Below the pieces are notes generated by a model that was given only the letters and a program-made list of their open reading frames with translations, was not told the origin of the DNA and searched no databases. Made by a program: the position numbers and the translations under genes. 64,000 nt of DNA from contig OY760933.1 in the NCBI GenBank assembly GCA_963664235.1, forward strand, positions 1,883,419-1,947,418, given 5' to 3'. Each line of letters opens with the position of its first letter. The stretch's first letter is position 1. Source of the DNA: Acidimicrobiales bacterium (lineage in GTDB: Bacteria > Actinomycetota > Acidimicrobiia > Acidimicrobiales > CATQHL01). Positions 16,372 to 26,591 of the stretch are shown piece after piece.

Positions 16372-16608
16372 ATGCGCACTACTGTGTCGATCGACGATGA
16401 GGTCTACGAGCAGGCCCGGCGGATTGCATTCGAATCGCGCCGGACGCTCGGCGACGTCATCAATGAACTGCTCGCCGAGGGACTCAAGCTCGTCGCCCCA
16501 CCGCCGGCGCGTCGCTCCCTCGGGCAGCTGCGAGGCACCATCAGCATCGCCGACGACTTCGACGAGTTGCCCCGCGAAGTGCTGGACTCGCTCGACAGCC
16601 CACTCTGA
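16372..16608 (+). CDS. vapB: VapB-type antitoxin
   Basis: MRTTVSIDDEVYEQARRIAFESRRTLGDVINELL. The stop overlaps the vapC ATG (TGATG). The ATG is 6 nt after TATGAT (16360-16365), consistent with a leaderless transcript. Confidence 0.8.
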   Translation: MRTTVSIDDEVYEQARRIAFESRRTLGDVINELLAEGLKLVAPPPARRSLGQLRGTISIADDFDELPREVLDSLDSPL

Positions 16609-16988
16609 TGGCGCGACTGCTGCTCGACACCCACGTTCTGCTCTGGGCCAACGAGGCGCCGGAGAGACTCTCCGCCGAAGCGGTCGCCGCGCTGGAGGAC
16701 CCGGCCAATGACCTGTTGGTGTCATCGGTCTCAGTCGCCGAGATCGAGATCAAACGACGGTTGGGTAAGCTGGCCATGGAGCACAGCTGCGAAACGCTCA
16801 GATCACAGCTCGGTGGGGTCTGGCTCGACCTGACCGCTGCGCATACCATGGGGTTGCGCGCGCTCCCCGATCTTCATGCCGATCCGTTCGACCGGCTCCT
16901 CATCGCGCAGGCACTGACCGAGGGGTGCACACTCGTCACCGCCGACAAAACGGTGCTCGCCTACCCCCTGCTGACGCTCACCGCGTAA
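16608..16988 (+). CDS. vapC: VapC PIN-domain toxin
   Basis: LLLDTHVLLW, VSSVSVAEIEIK and DPFDRLLIAQALTEGCTLVTAD supply the PIN acidic residues. Confidence 0.9.
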   Translation: MARLLLDTHVLLWANEAPERLSAEAVAALEDPANDLLVSSVSVAEIEIKRRLGKLAMEHSCETLRSQLGGVWLDLTAAHTMGLRALPDLHADPFDRLLIAQALTEGCTLVTADKTVLAYPLLTLTA

Positions 16989-17033
16989 CGGTCCGAGCCG
17001 GCGCAGCGCCGCTGCAGGTGGAGGCCGTCTGCG

Positions 17034-18842
17034 CTAGCCGGGCTCGATCATTACCGCCAGGTCACCGCCGCCGACGAGGTCTCCGGCCGCTACGCGCACC
17101 TCGCTCACGGTGCCTGCGCAGCCGGCGAGGAGGTTGTTCTCCATCTTCATGGCTTCCAGCACCACAACCGGTTCGCCGGCCTCGACGGTGTCGCCGACGG
17201 CCACGAGCACCTTCACCACGGTGCCCTGCATGGGGGTGCGCACCTCGCCGCTGCCCCCGCCGGCGCCGGAGCCTCCGCCTCGGCCGGAGTTGCGCCTCGG
17301 CCGGCGGCTGGGTCGCTGGTCGGGTGCCGGCGCCGTTGCCCCGGGCGGCATCCACAGTTTCACCGTGTAGCGCTTGGAGTTGACCTCCACGTCGATCGTG
17401 TGGCGCACCTTCTCGCCCTCGGCGGTCAGCGCCAGTTCCTCCGCCACCTGCATCGGCATCAGGCCCGAGAGGTCCAACTCGTCGGTCACCCAGCGGGTGG
17501 AGTGCGCCACGGCTGCGAAATCGGGATGCGACAGGATCGCCTCGTCGGCGGGGATGGTCGTGGCGATGCCCTCCACCTCCATCTCCCCGAGGGCGCGCAG
17601 CGCGCGGCGGATGGCCGCGGGCCGGTCGGCTCCCCAGCAGATGAGCTTGCCGACCAGGTTGTCGTACAGCGGGCTGATCTCGTCGCCGGCTTCGTAGCCC
17701 GTGTCGAAGCGGGTGCCGAACCCGTCGGGCACCACGAACTTGCTGATGCGTCCCGGCGACGGCAGGAAGTGCCCCCCGGCGGGGTCCTCGGCGTTGATGC
17801 GCACCTCGATGGCATGGCCCCGTAGTTCCACGTCGGACTGCGCGAAACCCAGCGGCTCGCCGGCCGCCACCCGCAGTTGCTGCTCCACGAGGTCCAGCCC
17901 GCAGATCATCTCGGTGGCGGGGTGCTCCACCTGCAGGCGGGTGTTCATCTCCAGGTACCAGAACGCCCCGTCCTCGTAGAGGAACTCCACCGTGCCGGCG
18001 TTTACGTAGCCGCAGCCGTTGGCCACGGTCACGGCGGCCTCCCCCATGGCGGCGGTCACCCCGGCCGGGATGTCCGGGGCGGGCGCCTCCTCGATCAGTT
18101 TCTGGTGGCGGCGCTGCGCCGAGCAGTCACGCGTGCCGAGGTAGACGCAGTTCCCACCGGCATCGGCCAGCACCTGAACCTCCACGTGGCGTGGCCGGGG
18201 CAGGTAGCGCTCCAGGTACAACTCGTCACGCCCGAAGTAGGCGAGCGCCTCGCGCCGGGCCGAGTCCAGCGCGGCGTCGATCTCGCCGGCGGCGTGCACC
18301 ACTTTCATGCCCCGCCCGCCGCCTCCGTAGGCCGCCTTGACCGCCACCGGGTAACCGTGCTCGCCGGCGAAGGCAACGACCTCGTCGGCGGAGAGCACCA
18401 GCGGTGTCCCCGGCACGCTGTGCACTCCCACGGTTTCGGCGGCCCGGCGGGCGGAGATCTTGTCGCCCATCACCTCGATGGCCTCCGGCGGCGGGCCGAT
18501 GAACGTCACTCCCATCTCCACGATCCGCCGTGCGAAGTCGGCGTTCTCGCTGAAGAATCCGTAGCCGGGGTGGACGGCCTCGGCGCCGCTGGACTCTATG
18601 GCGGCCAGGATGGCAGCCACATTGAGGTAGCTCTCCTCGCTGGACTGCCCGCCGAGGGCGTACGCCTCATCGGCCAAGCGGACGTGCAGGGCGTCGCGGT
18701 CGGGCTCGGAGTACACGGCGACGGACCGGATGCCCAACTCCCGGCAGGTCCGGATCACCCGCACGGCGATCTCGCCCCGGTTGGCGATCAGGACCGAAGA
18801 AAACACGCCATATCGTGCCAGATCGTGAAGCGGAATACGCAT
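17034..18842 (-). CDS. Acetyl/propionyl-CoA carboxylase alpha subunit (biotin carboxylase plus BCCP)
   Basis: VLIANRGEIAVRVIRTCRELG, an ATP-grasp core, and a C-terminal biotinyl domain with EAMKMEN. I prefer ATG 18842. The GTG at 18893 would leave only 5 nt to the divergent birA start. Confidence 0.9.
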   Translation of the reverse strand: MRIPLHDLARYGVFSSVLIANRGEIAVRVIRTCRELGIRSVAVYSEPDRDALHVRLADEAYALGGQSSEESYLNVAAILAAIESSGAEAVHPGYGFFSENADFARRIVEMGVTFIGPPPEAIEVMGDKISARRAAETVGVHSVPGTPLVLSADEVVAFAGEHGYPVAVKAAYGGGGRGMKVVHAAGEIDAALDSARREALAYFGRDELYLERYLPRPRHVEVQVLADAGGNCVYLGTRDCSAQRRHQKLIEEAPAPDIPAGVTAAMGEAAVTVANGCGYVNAGTVEFLYEDGAFWYLEMNTRLQVEHPATEMICGLDLVEQQLRVAAGEPLGFAQSDVELRGHAIEVRINAEDPAGGHFLPSPGRISKFVVPDGFGTRFDTGYEAGDEISPLYDNLVGKLICWGADRPAAIRRALRALGEMEVEGIATTIPADEAILSHPDFAAVAHSTRWVTDELDLSGLMPMQVAEELALTAEGEKVRHTIDVEVNSKRYTVKLWMPPGATAPAPDQRPSRRPRRNSGRGGGSGAGGGSGEVRTPMQGTVVKVLVAVGDTVEAGEPVVVLEAMKMENNLLAGCAGTVSEVRVAAGDLVGGGDLAVMIEPG

Positions 18843-18898
18843 GCAGGACCGATAATCCCGCTCCCCGGACTTGTCGGTCTCCACAGAGGCCACTGACG

Positions 18899-19756
18899 GT
18901 GACTCCCGAAAACGTGGCCAGGGAGCTCGCGGGGACGGTGTTCGGCCCTGTCCGTTTCATTGCGAGCACCGGCTCGACCAATGCCGACGTGCTGGCAGCG
19001 GCCCGCGGCGGTGCACCCGAGGGGCTGGTCATCGTGGCGGACCACCAGACGGCGGGACGGGGACGGCACGGCAGGTCGTGGGTGGCGCCGCCGGGCGCGG
19101 CGCTACTGGCCTCGGCGCTGCTGCGGCCCACCGAAGCGGGCTCCGCGATGGCCTTGCTGTCACCGGCCACCGCGCTGGCGGTGCGCGATGGTTGCGCCGC
19201 GGCGGGTGCCGAGGTGCTCCTGAAATGGCCCAACGACGTGATCGTGCGGGTGCCCGCCGAGGCGAGGGCGGCGGGGGAGCCGGACGAGGCCAAGCTGGCC
19301 GGCGTGCTGGCGGAACTCCATCTCACGGCCGACGGTACGCCGGCCGTCGTGGCGGGCTTCGGCGTCAACCTGGTCTCGCAGCCGGCGCTGGCCGCCATGG
19401 CCGCAGCGCGGGCCGGGGACCCGGACAGTGGCTTCGAACCGCTGCCGCCGATCGCTCTGGATGCCGTGGCGGCGCGCCTCCCGGGCCGCAATGAGCTGCT
19501 CGTCTCGGTGCTGCTGGGTCTCGACACCTGGTACCGGCGCCTGGCAGAGCCGGCCGGCGAGCGAGCACTCCTGGACGAATTGCGCCGCCACAGTGCAACG
19601 CTCGGCCGGCGGGTGCGGGTTCTCACGCCCGCGGGGACCGTCACCGGCGAGGCCATGGATCTTTCCGACGACGGGCGGCTCCTCGTGGAGACGGCCAGCG
19701 GAGCCGTCGAGATCGCTGCCGGCGACTGCCACCACCTGCGCGCCGACAAACGCTGA
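18899..19756 (+). CDS. birA: Biotin-[acetyl-CoA-carboxylase] ligase
   Basis: STGSTNADVL, VADHQTAGRGRHGRSWVAPPG, LLKWPNDV and KLAGVLAE. In-frame GTG 18899 was chosen as start. Confidence 0.85.
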   Translation: MTPENVARELAGTVFGPVRFIASTGSTNADVLAAARGGAPEGLVIVADHQTAGRGRHGRSWVAPPGAALLASALLRPTEAGSAMALLSPATALAVRDGCAAAGAEVLLKWPNDVIVRVPAEARAAGEPDEAKLAGVLAELHLTADGTPAVVAGFGVNLVSQPALAAMAAARAGDPDSGFEPLPPIALDAVAARLPGRNELLVSVLLGLDTWYRRLAEPAGERALLDELRRHSATLGRRVRVLTPAGTVTGEAMDLSDDGRLLVETASGAVEIAAGDCHHLRADKR

Positions 19757-19930
19757 TCCACCGGCCCGGCGACGACCTGGTCGCCCGGCGGCGTGCCCTC
19801 GCTCCGGCCGTCCCACCGGCGGCTCACCGCAGCAGGCGAGTGGGAGCGGCACAGTCTGAGTGCCGATGCGGCAGGAGTCACCCGGCTACGATCCCTTGAG
19901 ATCCTGTCCGTCCGATGTTGGAGGGTTGGC

Positions 19931-20878
19931 GTGAGCGAGCAAGTGGGCGGCGACCAGCAAGAGCAGGATCCTCCGGCGGAGGCGGCTCCCGAAGAGACCT
20001 CCCCGGCTCCCGACGACACCTCCGCGGCGCCCGAGGCGACGGAAGGATCGTCGACTGGGGCAAAGCGCCAGGTAACTCTCGCTGTACCTCCCATCGACCG
20101 GTTGCTGGTACTCCTCGGCGCGGCCGCGATGGTCCTGTCGGGACTGCTGAGTTGGATCGAGGTCGGCCCCGACGCATTCCCGAACTTCGCCGGAATCGGT
20201 GCGGGTGGTGGCGGTGTCGGACTCGTCGTGGTGCTCATCGGCCTCGCCCTGCTCTCGAGGCGGCCGGAACTCGACACCGCCACCGGTGCCGCGCTCGGTG
20301 CCTTCCTGGCTTCGCTGGTTGCGGTCATCACGCTCGTGGACGAGGCGGCCGGCATCGGAATGGGCGCCGGCGCCTGGGTTGCGATGGTTGGTGCCGTGGT
20401 CGCGCTGTCGGGGGTCTCGTTCGCCACGCTGGATCCGAACCGGCGGCCCTCGCGGAGTGTCACGCACAAGGCACCGGCGACTCTCGGCGCCGCCCTGGCC
20501 GTCATCGCCTCGTTCTGGCTGGACTGGAGTTCAGGTTTCGCCGCCGGGATGACCGGCACGTTCCCGCTCGGCGGAGGCCTCGACAGTGCCGTCGCCACCG
20601 GATACCCGGTGCTGATTCTCGGCGTGCTGATCCTGTTGCTGCTGCTCGGGCTGCTGTCGCCGACGGCTTCGGCCGCCATGAAGTCCCGGATGGCCATGAA
20701 TATCCGGGTGGCCGGTATCGCCATGGTGGTGCTGGCCGCCGGTGACATCGCCGGCAGCCTGATGAGCTCCGACCTCACCGGGTCGGGACCCATCCTCGCA
20801 TTCGTGGGCGCCCTCATGGTCACGCGGTCGGTGGGTTCGGGTCCGTCCGCCGAGACCTCTGAAGCCGAAGCGGCCTAA
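19931..20878 (+). CDS. Integral membrane protein of unknown function with an acidic/Pro-rich N-terminus
   Basis: Several hydrophobic spans (LLVLLGAAAMVLSGLL, GVGLVVVLIGLALL, and others). GTG 19931 is preceded by GGAGGG. Confidence 0.65.
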   Translation: MSEQVGGDQQEQDPPAEAAPEETSPAPDDTSAAPEATEGSSTGAKRQVTLAVPPIDRLLVLLGAAAMVLSGLLSWIEVGPDAFPNFAGIGAGGGGVGLVVVLIGLALLSRRPELDTATGAALGAFLASLVAVITLVDEAAGIGMGAGAWVAMVGAVVALSGVSFATLDPNRRPSRSVTHKAPATLGAALAVIASFWLDWSSGFAAGMTGTFPLGGGLDSAVATGYPVLILGVLILLLLLGLLSPTASAAMKSRMAMNIRVAGIAMVVLAAGDIAGSLMSSDLTGSGPILAFVGALMVTRSVGSGPSAETSEAEAA

Positions 20879-20896
20879 GGCGCACGGATACCCGCT

Positions 20897-21388
20897 ATGT
20901 CAACGTTCGATCCGGCCGAGTTCCGGCGCGTCCTCGGTCACTACCCCACCGGCGTGACGGTGGTGACCGCCGCCACCGGCGGCACCCCCGTGGGGCTCGC
21001 CATCGGCTCGTTCGGTTCGGTCTCCCTGGATCCGCCCCTGGTGATGTTCTGTCCCGGCAAGTCGTCGAACAGTTGGCCGGCGATCCAGTCCAGCGGCAGC
21101 TTCTGCGTCAACGTGCTGGCGGAGGATCAGGCTGAGGTCAGTTCGCTGTTCGCGGGGCGCGCCCCCGACAAATTCGCCGATGTCGCATGGAGTACCCGCG
21201 CCACCGGCTCACCGGTGATCGAGGGCTGCCTGGCTTGGATCGACTGCACCATCGAGACGACCCACGAGGCGGGTGACCATTGGATCGTCGTCGGGCGGGT
21301 GGCCGACCTGGGTGTCAGCCGCCCCGAAGCAGGACCACTCATCTTCTTCAAGGGCGGCTACGGCGCGGTCGGGCCCGCCGAGGGCTGA
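20897..21388 (+). CDS. Flavin reductase (HpaC/NADH:FMN oxidoreductase family)
   Basis: FRRVLGHYPTGVTVVTA, SFGSVSLDPPLVMFC, and a split-barrel flavin reductase layout. Confidence 0.85.
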   Translation: MSTFDPAEFRRVLGHYPTGVTVVTAATGGTPVGLAIGSFGSVSLDPPLVMFCPGKSSNSWPAIQSSGSFCVNVLAEDQAEVSSLFAGRAPDKFADVAWSTRATGSPVIEGCLAWIDCTIETTHEAGDHWIVVGRVADLGVSRPEAGPLIFFKGGYGAVGPAEG

Positions 21389-21536
21389 GCGGCACCGGGT
21401 CGGCGTCGGGACCGGCACGGGCTGCGCCAACGATGGCCGATCGGGTCCGAGCCGGCGCGTTCGGCCGCAAGGGCGCCGCCGGGTCCGATACTCATACGTA
21501 GCAACTCGCACCCGACCCACGCTCAGGAGGATCCTC

Positions 21537-22055
21537 ATGGCCGTCTATGCCCTCGGTGACCTGGTACCACGCATCCACCCCGATGCCTACGTCCACCCCG
21601 AGGCCACCATCATCGGTGACGTCACCATCGGCGCCGGGTCCACGGTGTGGCCCCAGGCGGTGCTGCGCGGCGACGACGGGGCGATCATCGTGGGCGAGCG
21701 CTCCTCCATCCAGGACGGCGCCGTGGTCCACACCGCCCCGGTCTGCCCCACGACCATCGGCAACGACTGCACGGTGGGGCACCTGGTACACCTGGAGGCC
21801 TGCACGCTGCGCGACGGCTCGCTGGCCGGCGTCGGCTCGGTGATCCGCCACGAGGTCGTGGTGGGGGAGGGCGCGCTCGTGGGCGCCGGCGCCGTGGTGC
21901 TCGACGGCACGGTGATCCCGCCGGAGGCACTCGCCATCGGCGTGCCGGCCAAGATCCGCCCCGGCGCCGCTTCGGGCGCCATGCTGGTCGACGCCGCTTC
22001 CAGTTACGTGCGCCGCGGTCCTCGATACCGGGCTGAACTGCGGAGATTGGACTGA
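21537..22055 (+). CDS. Gamma-carbonic-anhydrase-like hexapeptide-repeat protein
   Basis: [49 protein letters not shown] is preceded by AGGAGG. Confidence 0.9.
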   Translation: MAVYALGDLVPRIHPDAYVHPEATIIGDVTIGAGSTVWPQAVLRGDDGAIIVGERSSIQDGAVVHTAPVCPTTIGNDCTVGHLVHLEACTLRDGSLAGVGSVIRHEVVVGEGALVGAGAVVLDGTVIPPEALAIGVPAKIRPGAASGAMLVDAASSYVRRGPRYRAELRRLD

Positions 22056-22170
22056 TCGGCGGGCCGCTGTCAGGGTCGACCCATGGACCGAGGGGAGTCC
22101 CGGCGGTAGACTGGGGGCACGGAGTTCCCCGCCACAGGGCGTGGAGTTCCTTCCAGGATCGGAGGATCCG

Positions 22171-23577
22171 GTGACCACAACCAGCAACATCGGTGTCGAC
22201 CTCAGCAATTACGCCCTGGGTTGGAGCGACGAGGAGGACTACGTCTTCAAGCCGCGTCGCGGCCTCGACGCCGACATGGTGCGCGAGATGTCGTTCATGA
22301 AGAAGGAACCGGACTGGATGCTGGACTTCCGGCTCAAGTCCTACAACCGTTTCGAGCGCCGGCCGCTGCCCGCCTGGGGCGGCGAACTCGGCGGCATCGA
22401 CTTCGACAACATCTTCTATTACATCAAGCCCACCGAGGAGCAGGTCAGCGAGTGGGACGACGTTCCCGACTCGATCAAGAACACCTACGAGAAGCTCGGC
22501 ATCCCCGAGGCCGAGCGCAAGTACCTGGCCGGCGTCACCGCCCAGTACGAGTCCGAGGTGGTCTACCACCGCAACCGTGAGGACCTCGAGGCCCAGGGGG
22601 TCATCTTCAGCGACATGGGCTCGGCGGTGCGCGATCACCCCGAACTCGTGCGCAAGTACTTCGGGCGGATCATCCCTCCCAACGACAACAAGTTCTCGGC
22701 GCTCAACTCGGCGGTCTGGTCGGGCGGGTCGTTCATCTACGTGCCGCCGGGCGTGAGCGTGGAGTTGCCGCTGCAGGCCTACTTCCGCATCAACGCCGAG
22801 AACATGGGGCAGTTCGAGCGCACGCTCATCATCGCGGATGAGGGTTCGCAGGTGCACTACGTGGAGGGCTGCTCGGCGCCGGTGTACACCAGCGACTCGC
22901 TGCACTCCGCGGTGGTGGAGATCGTGGTGGGCCAGGGCGCCCGGGTCACCTACACGACCATCCAGAACTGGTCCAACAACGTCTACAACCTGGTCACCAA
23001 GCGGGCCAGGGTGGAGGCCGAGGGCCACATGGAGTGGATCGACGGCAACATCGGCAGCCAGTTGACCATGAAGTACCCGGCGGTCGTGATGGTCGGCCCC
23101 AAGGCCTCCGGCGAGGTGCTCTCGGTGGCCTACGCCGGTGCTGGCCAGCACCAGGACACTGGCGCCAAGATGACCCACGCTGCCCCCGAGACCACCTCCA
23201 AGATCGTCTCCAAGTCCATCTCCAAGGACGGTGGGCGGACCAGCTACCGCGGGCTGGTACGCGTGGAGCCCGATGCCAAGGGCTGCAAGAGCCACGTGCA
23301 GTGCGACGCGCTCATCCTTGACCCCGACAGCGTCTCGGACACCTACCCCTACATGGAGGTCGGCAGCCAGGACGCCGTCATCGGCCACGAGGCCACCGTG
23401 TCGAAGGTGGCCGACGAGCAGCTCTTCTACCTGATGAGCCGGGGTCTCAGCGAGGAGCAGGCGATGGGGATGATCGTCAACGGCTTCGTCGAGCCGGTGA
23501 CCCGCACGCTGCCCATGGAGTACGCCGTGGAGTGGAGCAGGCTCATCGAGTTGCAGATGGAGGGCTCGGTCGGCTGA
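22171..23577 (+). CDS. sufB: Fe-S cluster assembly protein SufB
   Basis: [50 protein letters not shown] and [24 protein letters not shown] 22171 follows GGAGGA. No intein-sized insertion is present. Confidence 0.9.
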   Translation: MTTTSNIGVDLSNYALGWSDEEDYVFKPRRGLDADMVREMSFMKKEPDWMLDFRLKSYNRFERRPLPAWGGELGGIDFDNIFYYIKPTEEQVSEWDDVPDSIKNTYEKLGIPEAERKYLAGVTAQYESEVVYHRNREDLEAQGVIFSDMGSAVRDHPELVRKYFGRIIPPNDNKFSALNSAVWSGGSFIYVPPGVSVELPLQAYFRINAENMGQFERTLIIADEGSQVHYVEGCSAPVYTSDSLHSAVVEIVVGQGARVTYTTIQNWSNNVYNLVTKRARVEAEGHMEWIDGNIGSQLTMKYPAVVMVGPKASGEVLSVAYAGAGQHQDTGAKMTHAAPETTSKIVSKSISKDGGRTSYRGLVRVEPDAKGCKSHVQCDALILDPDSVSDTYPYMEVGSQDAVIGHEATVSKVADEQLFYLMSRGLSEEQAMGMIVNGFVEPVTRTLPMEYAVEWSRLIELQMEGSVG

Positions 23578-23659
23578 GAATGCCGGGGTGACCTCGGGTC
23601 ACCGAACCCTCCAGAACTGCGACCTGCGTCACCGGCGCCACCCGTAGAATGAGCGTGCC

Positions 23660-24031
23660 ATGCCGATGCGACAGGACTGCAAGAACTTCGAGAGTCGCAC
23701 GTATCCCAACGGCGACACTGTGCGGAAGTGTGATCTGGATCTCGCTCCCGAGGCGCCGTGGCGCTGCCCGGAGGACTGTGAGGCGTACACCCGGCGCCGC
23801 GTCGACGTGAACTGGTCGTACGGCAGCCTCGTCACCCCGAAGACACCCGACGAGCCGGCATCGTTGGGGACCGACGATTCCATCGCTGCGCTGCTGGACG
23901 AGGCCGAGGACGTGGTGAACCGGGCCGGCGAGGAGATCATGGCCGATCTGGCCAAGGAGAAGCGGCGTTTAGGTGGCCGCCTGGGCCGAACGCTCCGCCG
24001 TCGCGGCAAGGGCCGCGGCGCGCGCGGCTGA
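23660..24031 (+). CDS. Hypothetical 123-aa four-cysteine protein inserted between sufB and sufD
   Basis: High third-position GC. Cys at positions 7, 24, 36 and 40 (C-x16-C-x11-C-x3-C), then an acidic middle and a basic tail. A TAGAAT hexamer (23645-23650) lies 9 nt upstream of the ATG. No family recognised. Confidence 0.55.
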   Translation: MPMRQDCKNFESRTYPNGDTVRKCDLDLAPEAPWRCPEDCEAYTRRRVDVNWSYGSLVTPKTPDEPASLGTDDSIAALLDEAEDVVNRAGEEIMADLAKEKRRLGGRLGRTLRRRGKGRGARG

Positions 24032-24043
24032 CCGGCGACCTCG

Positions 24044-25336
24044 ATGCCGGACTTCGGTGACGTGTTCTCCGTCGCGCACGCCGCCTCTCTGGGCGGGCCA
24101 GCCTGGCTGCAGCAGCGGCGTGCCGGGGCGGCGGTGGCGCTGGGGGGGGCGTCGCTACCGTCGGCCGCCGAGGAGGAGTGGCGGTACAGCCCCATCGGCG
24201 ACTTGCGCCTGGACAGCTACCGGCCCGTGCCGGCCGTTGCCGCCGGGGAGCCGCCGATCGACGGCGCCGGCCTATCCGACTCGCTCCGGGACCGTCTGGG
24301 GCCTCTGAGCGCGCTCGTCGTGACCTGCGACGGGCGCCGCGTCTGCACCGAGGTCTCCCCGGAGGCCGCAGACGCCGGTGTGGTGGTGCGCCTGCTCGAT
24401 GACGAGGTGGCTCCAGCGGGCGGCCTGGGCGGTGTCCTCGCCGAGCCGGCCGACATCTTCGGGCTGATGAACGACGCCTTCTGTGCCGCACCGCTGCTTC
24501 TGGAGATACCCCGCGGGGCGCGCCTCGCCGATCCGGTGGCGGTGGTCAACGTGGTGCGCTCGCCGTCGCTGGCGATCTTCCCTCGCTTGGCGGTCGTCGT
24601 CGGCGACGGCGCGGAGGCGCAGGTGGTCAATGCCCTCCTCTCCGACGGGGGCGAGCTGTTCGCGGCTCCCGTGGCCGAGATCGAGGTGGGCCCCGCCGCC
24701 CGCCTGCAGTACCTGAACCTGCAGGAACTCGGGACCCAGGCGGTCGGGATCGACCAGACGGCGGCAACGGTGGCCTCCCAGGGCCATCTGTCCATCGGCC
24801 TGGCGGCGGTCGGCGGCGGCTACGCCCGCTGCAGGGTGGATTGCACGCTGGCGGGGCGGGGCGCCACCGGCGACATGTCGGCCATGTACTTCGGCGACGG
24901 CGACCAGGTGCTGGACTTCCGAACGTTCCAGAACCACTTGGCTCCCGACACCAACAGCAACCTGCTGTTCGTGGGCGCCGTGGAGGACCGGGCACGGTCC
25001 ATTTACTCGGGTCTCATCCGGGTAGGGCCCGAGGCCCGCGGCACTGACGCCCAGCAGACGAACCGCATCCTGAAGCTGTCCGAGGAGGTGTGGGCCGACT
25101 CGGTGCCCAACCTCGAGATCGAGAACAACGACGTGCGTTGTGCCCATGCCAGCTCCGTCGGACCGATCGACCAGGATCACCGCTTCTACCTGGAGAGTCG
25201 CGGTGTGCCCCCCGAGGTGGCGGAGCGGCTCATCGTGGAGGGCTTCTTCGGCGAGGTGCGTGGCCGGCTGCCGGTGCAGTCGGTGGCGGCGGGGTTCGAC
25301 GAGATGGTGCGCGCCAAGATCGGTCCTGGCCGATGA
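24044..25336 (+). CDS. sufD: Fe-S cluster assembly protein SufD
   Basis: EEWRYSPI, a beta-helix core, and RILKLSEEVWADSVPNLEIENNDVRCAHASSVGPIDQDHRFYLESRG. Confidence 0.85.
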   Translation: MPDFGDVFSVAHAASLGGPAWLQQRRAGAAVALGGASLPSAAEEEWRYSPIGDLRLDSYRPVPAVAAGEPPIDGAGLSDSLRDRLGPLSALVVTCDGRRVCTEVSPEAADAGVVVRLLDDEVAPAGGLGGVLAEPADIFGLMNDAFCAAPLLLEIPRGARLADPVAVVNVVRSPSLAIFPRLAVVVGDGAEAQVVNALLSDGGELFAAPVAEIEVGPAARLQYLNLQELGTQAVGIDQTAATVASQGHLSIGLAAVGGGYARCRVDCTLAGRGATGDMSAMYFGDGDQVLDFRTFQNHLAPDTNSNLLFVGAVEDRARSIYSGLIRVGPEARGTDAQQTNRILKLSEEVWADSVPNLEIENNDVRCAHASSVGPIDQDHRFYLESRGVPPEVAERLIVEGFFGEVRGRLPVQSVAAGFDEMVRAKIGPGR

Positions 25337-25352
25337 TGCGGGAGGGGTCGCA

Positions 25353-25691
25353 ATGAGCGGCGAGGACGCAGCAGCGTCGGTGCGGCTGTGCGGGCGCGAT
25401 GAGCTAGTGGCCGGTGAGGTCCGTTGCTTCGACGTAGCCGGTCGGCGTGTTGCCCTGGCCCGCATCGGCGAGGAGTTCTTCGCCATCGACGACACCTGCA
25501 GCCACGCCGACTTCTCCCTCGCAGAGGGTGACCTGGATGTCGAGGAATGCGCCCTGGAGTGTCCTGCCCACGGCAGCCTCTTCGATCTGCGCACCGGCGA
25601 GGCTCTGACTCTGCCGGCGGTGGTGCCCGTGGCAGCCCACGACGTGGCCATCACCGACGATGGCGTCATCGTCACGATTCGTGAGAGGTAG
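25353..25691 (+). CDS. Rieske [2Fe-2S] ferredoxin-like protein
   Basis: CSHADFSL ... CPAHGSLFDLRTG (CxH...CxxH). ATG is preceded by GGGAGGGG. Confidence 0.85.
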   Translation: MSGEDAAASVRLCGRDELVAGEVRCFDVAGRRVALARIGEEFFAIDDTCSHADFSLAEGDLDVEECALECPAHGSLFDLRTGEALTLPAVVPVAAHDVAITDDGVIVTIRER

Positions 25692-25695
25692 CGGC

Positions 25696-26469
25696 GTGAG
25701 CGAGTTGACCATCGAGGGTCTGGAGGCCAGCGCGGCTGGAGAGGAGATCCTGCACGGCGTCGACCTGCGGGTGGCGGCCGGCGAGGTGCACGCCGTCATG
25801 GGCCCCAACGGCTGTGGGAAATCCACCCTGGCGCATGTGCTGGCAGGGAGGCACGGCTACACGGTGAGCGCCGGGCGAGCGACTCTGGACGGCCACGAGT
25901 TGCTGGCGCTGAGTCCCTTCGAGAGGGCCCGGGCGGGGCTCTTTCTGGCCATGCAGTATCCCACCGAGGTGCCGGGCGTGAACCTGGCCGACGTGCTGGG
26001 CGCGTCGCTGCGAGCGGCGGGTCGCGAGCCTGCCGCCGACGGTCTCGGTGCCCTGCTGAGCGCCGAGGCCGAACGCCTGGGAGTCCCCGCGGCGCTCCTG
26101 GAGCGGTCTGTCAACGTGGACCTCTCCGGCGGTGAGCAGAAGCGGGGGGAGGCGCTGCAACTCGCCGTCCTGCGTCCGCGCATCGCCGTGCTGGACGAGA
26201 TCGACTCCGGGCTCGACGTGGATGCCCTGCGGGCCGTGGCGGGCCGCATCGAGGAGGCCACGACCGAGGGCCTGGGCGTGCTGGCGATCACGCACTACAC
26301 GCGGTTGCTCGGCGTTCTGCGAGCTGACCGCGTGCACATAATGATCCGGGGCCAGATCGTTGCCTCCGGCGGCCCAGAGTTGGCCGACGAGTTGGAGCGC
26401 ACCGGCTACGAGCGCTGGGAGCGCCCGGCGCCTGTCGAGGTCGCCGTCAAGCTGGGACGCAGCTTCTGA
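25696..26469 (+). CDS. sufC: SufC-type ABC ATPase, divergent paralog 1
   Basis: Walker A GPNGCGKS, LSGGEQKRGEALQ, AVLDEIDSGLDVDAL and AITHY. GTG 25696 lies 4 nt after the Rieske stop. Confidence 0.85.
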   Translation: MSELTIEGLEASAAGEEILHGVDLRVAAGEVHAVMGPNGCGKSTLAHVLAGRHGYTVSAGRATLDGHELLALSPFERARAGLFLAMQYPTEVPGVNLADVLGASLRAAGREPAADGLGALLSAEAERLGVPAALLERSVNVDLSGGEQKRGEALQLAVLRPRIAVLDEIDSGLDVDALRAVAGRIEEATTEGLGVLAITHYTRLLGVLRADRVHIMIRGQIVASGGPELADELERTGYERWERPAPVEVAVKLGRSF

Positions 26470-26518
26470 CAACTCCGGCTCTTGTGCCCTGAGCAGGAAT
26501 GGCAGTGGTATTGGTGGA

Positions 26519-26566
26519 CCTTCGGGGCACGTGACCGAGCCGCCAGACAGGGGCGTGCCCCGAAGG
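26519..26566 (+). terminator. Strong GC-rich hairpin after sufC (13-bp perfect stem, 22-nt loop)
   Basis: ccttcggggcacg (26519-26531) pairs with cgtgccccgaagg (26554-26566), about 50 nt after the sufC stop. No clear U-tract. Confidence 0.45.
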
Positions 26567-26591
26567 CCATGAATCAATCGGGATATCTATG

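Noticed and set aside
18869-18898. cTTGTCGGTC box upstream of birA, resembling the damage-promoter box
   Set aside because: The hexamer at the N8 spacing is GGCCAC, so there is no TAnnnT. I could not build a consistent -10/start geometry.
18667-20823. 718-aa ORF on the minus strand, one of the longest in the track
   Set aside because: It is antisense to birA and to the membrane-protein gene, both of which have recognisable motifs or hydrophobic spans. The translation is Ala/Ser/Pro/Arg-rich with no recognisable domain. This is a typical GC-rich shadow ORF.
21685-23388. 567-aa minus-strand ORF
   Set aside because: It is antisense to the gamma-CA-like gene and to sufB, which is unmistakable. 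No motifs were found.
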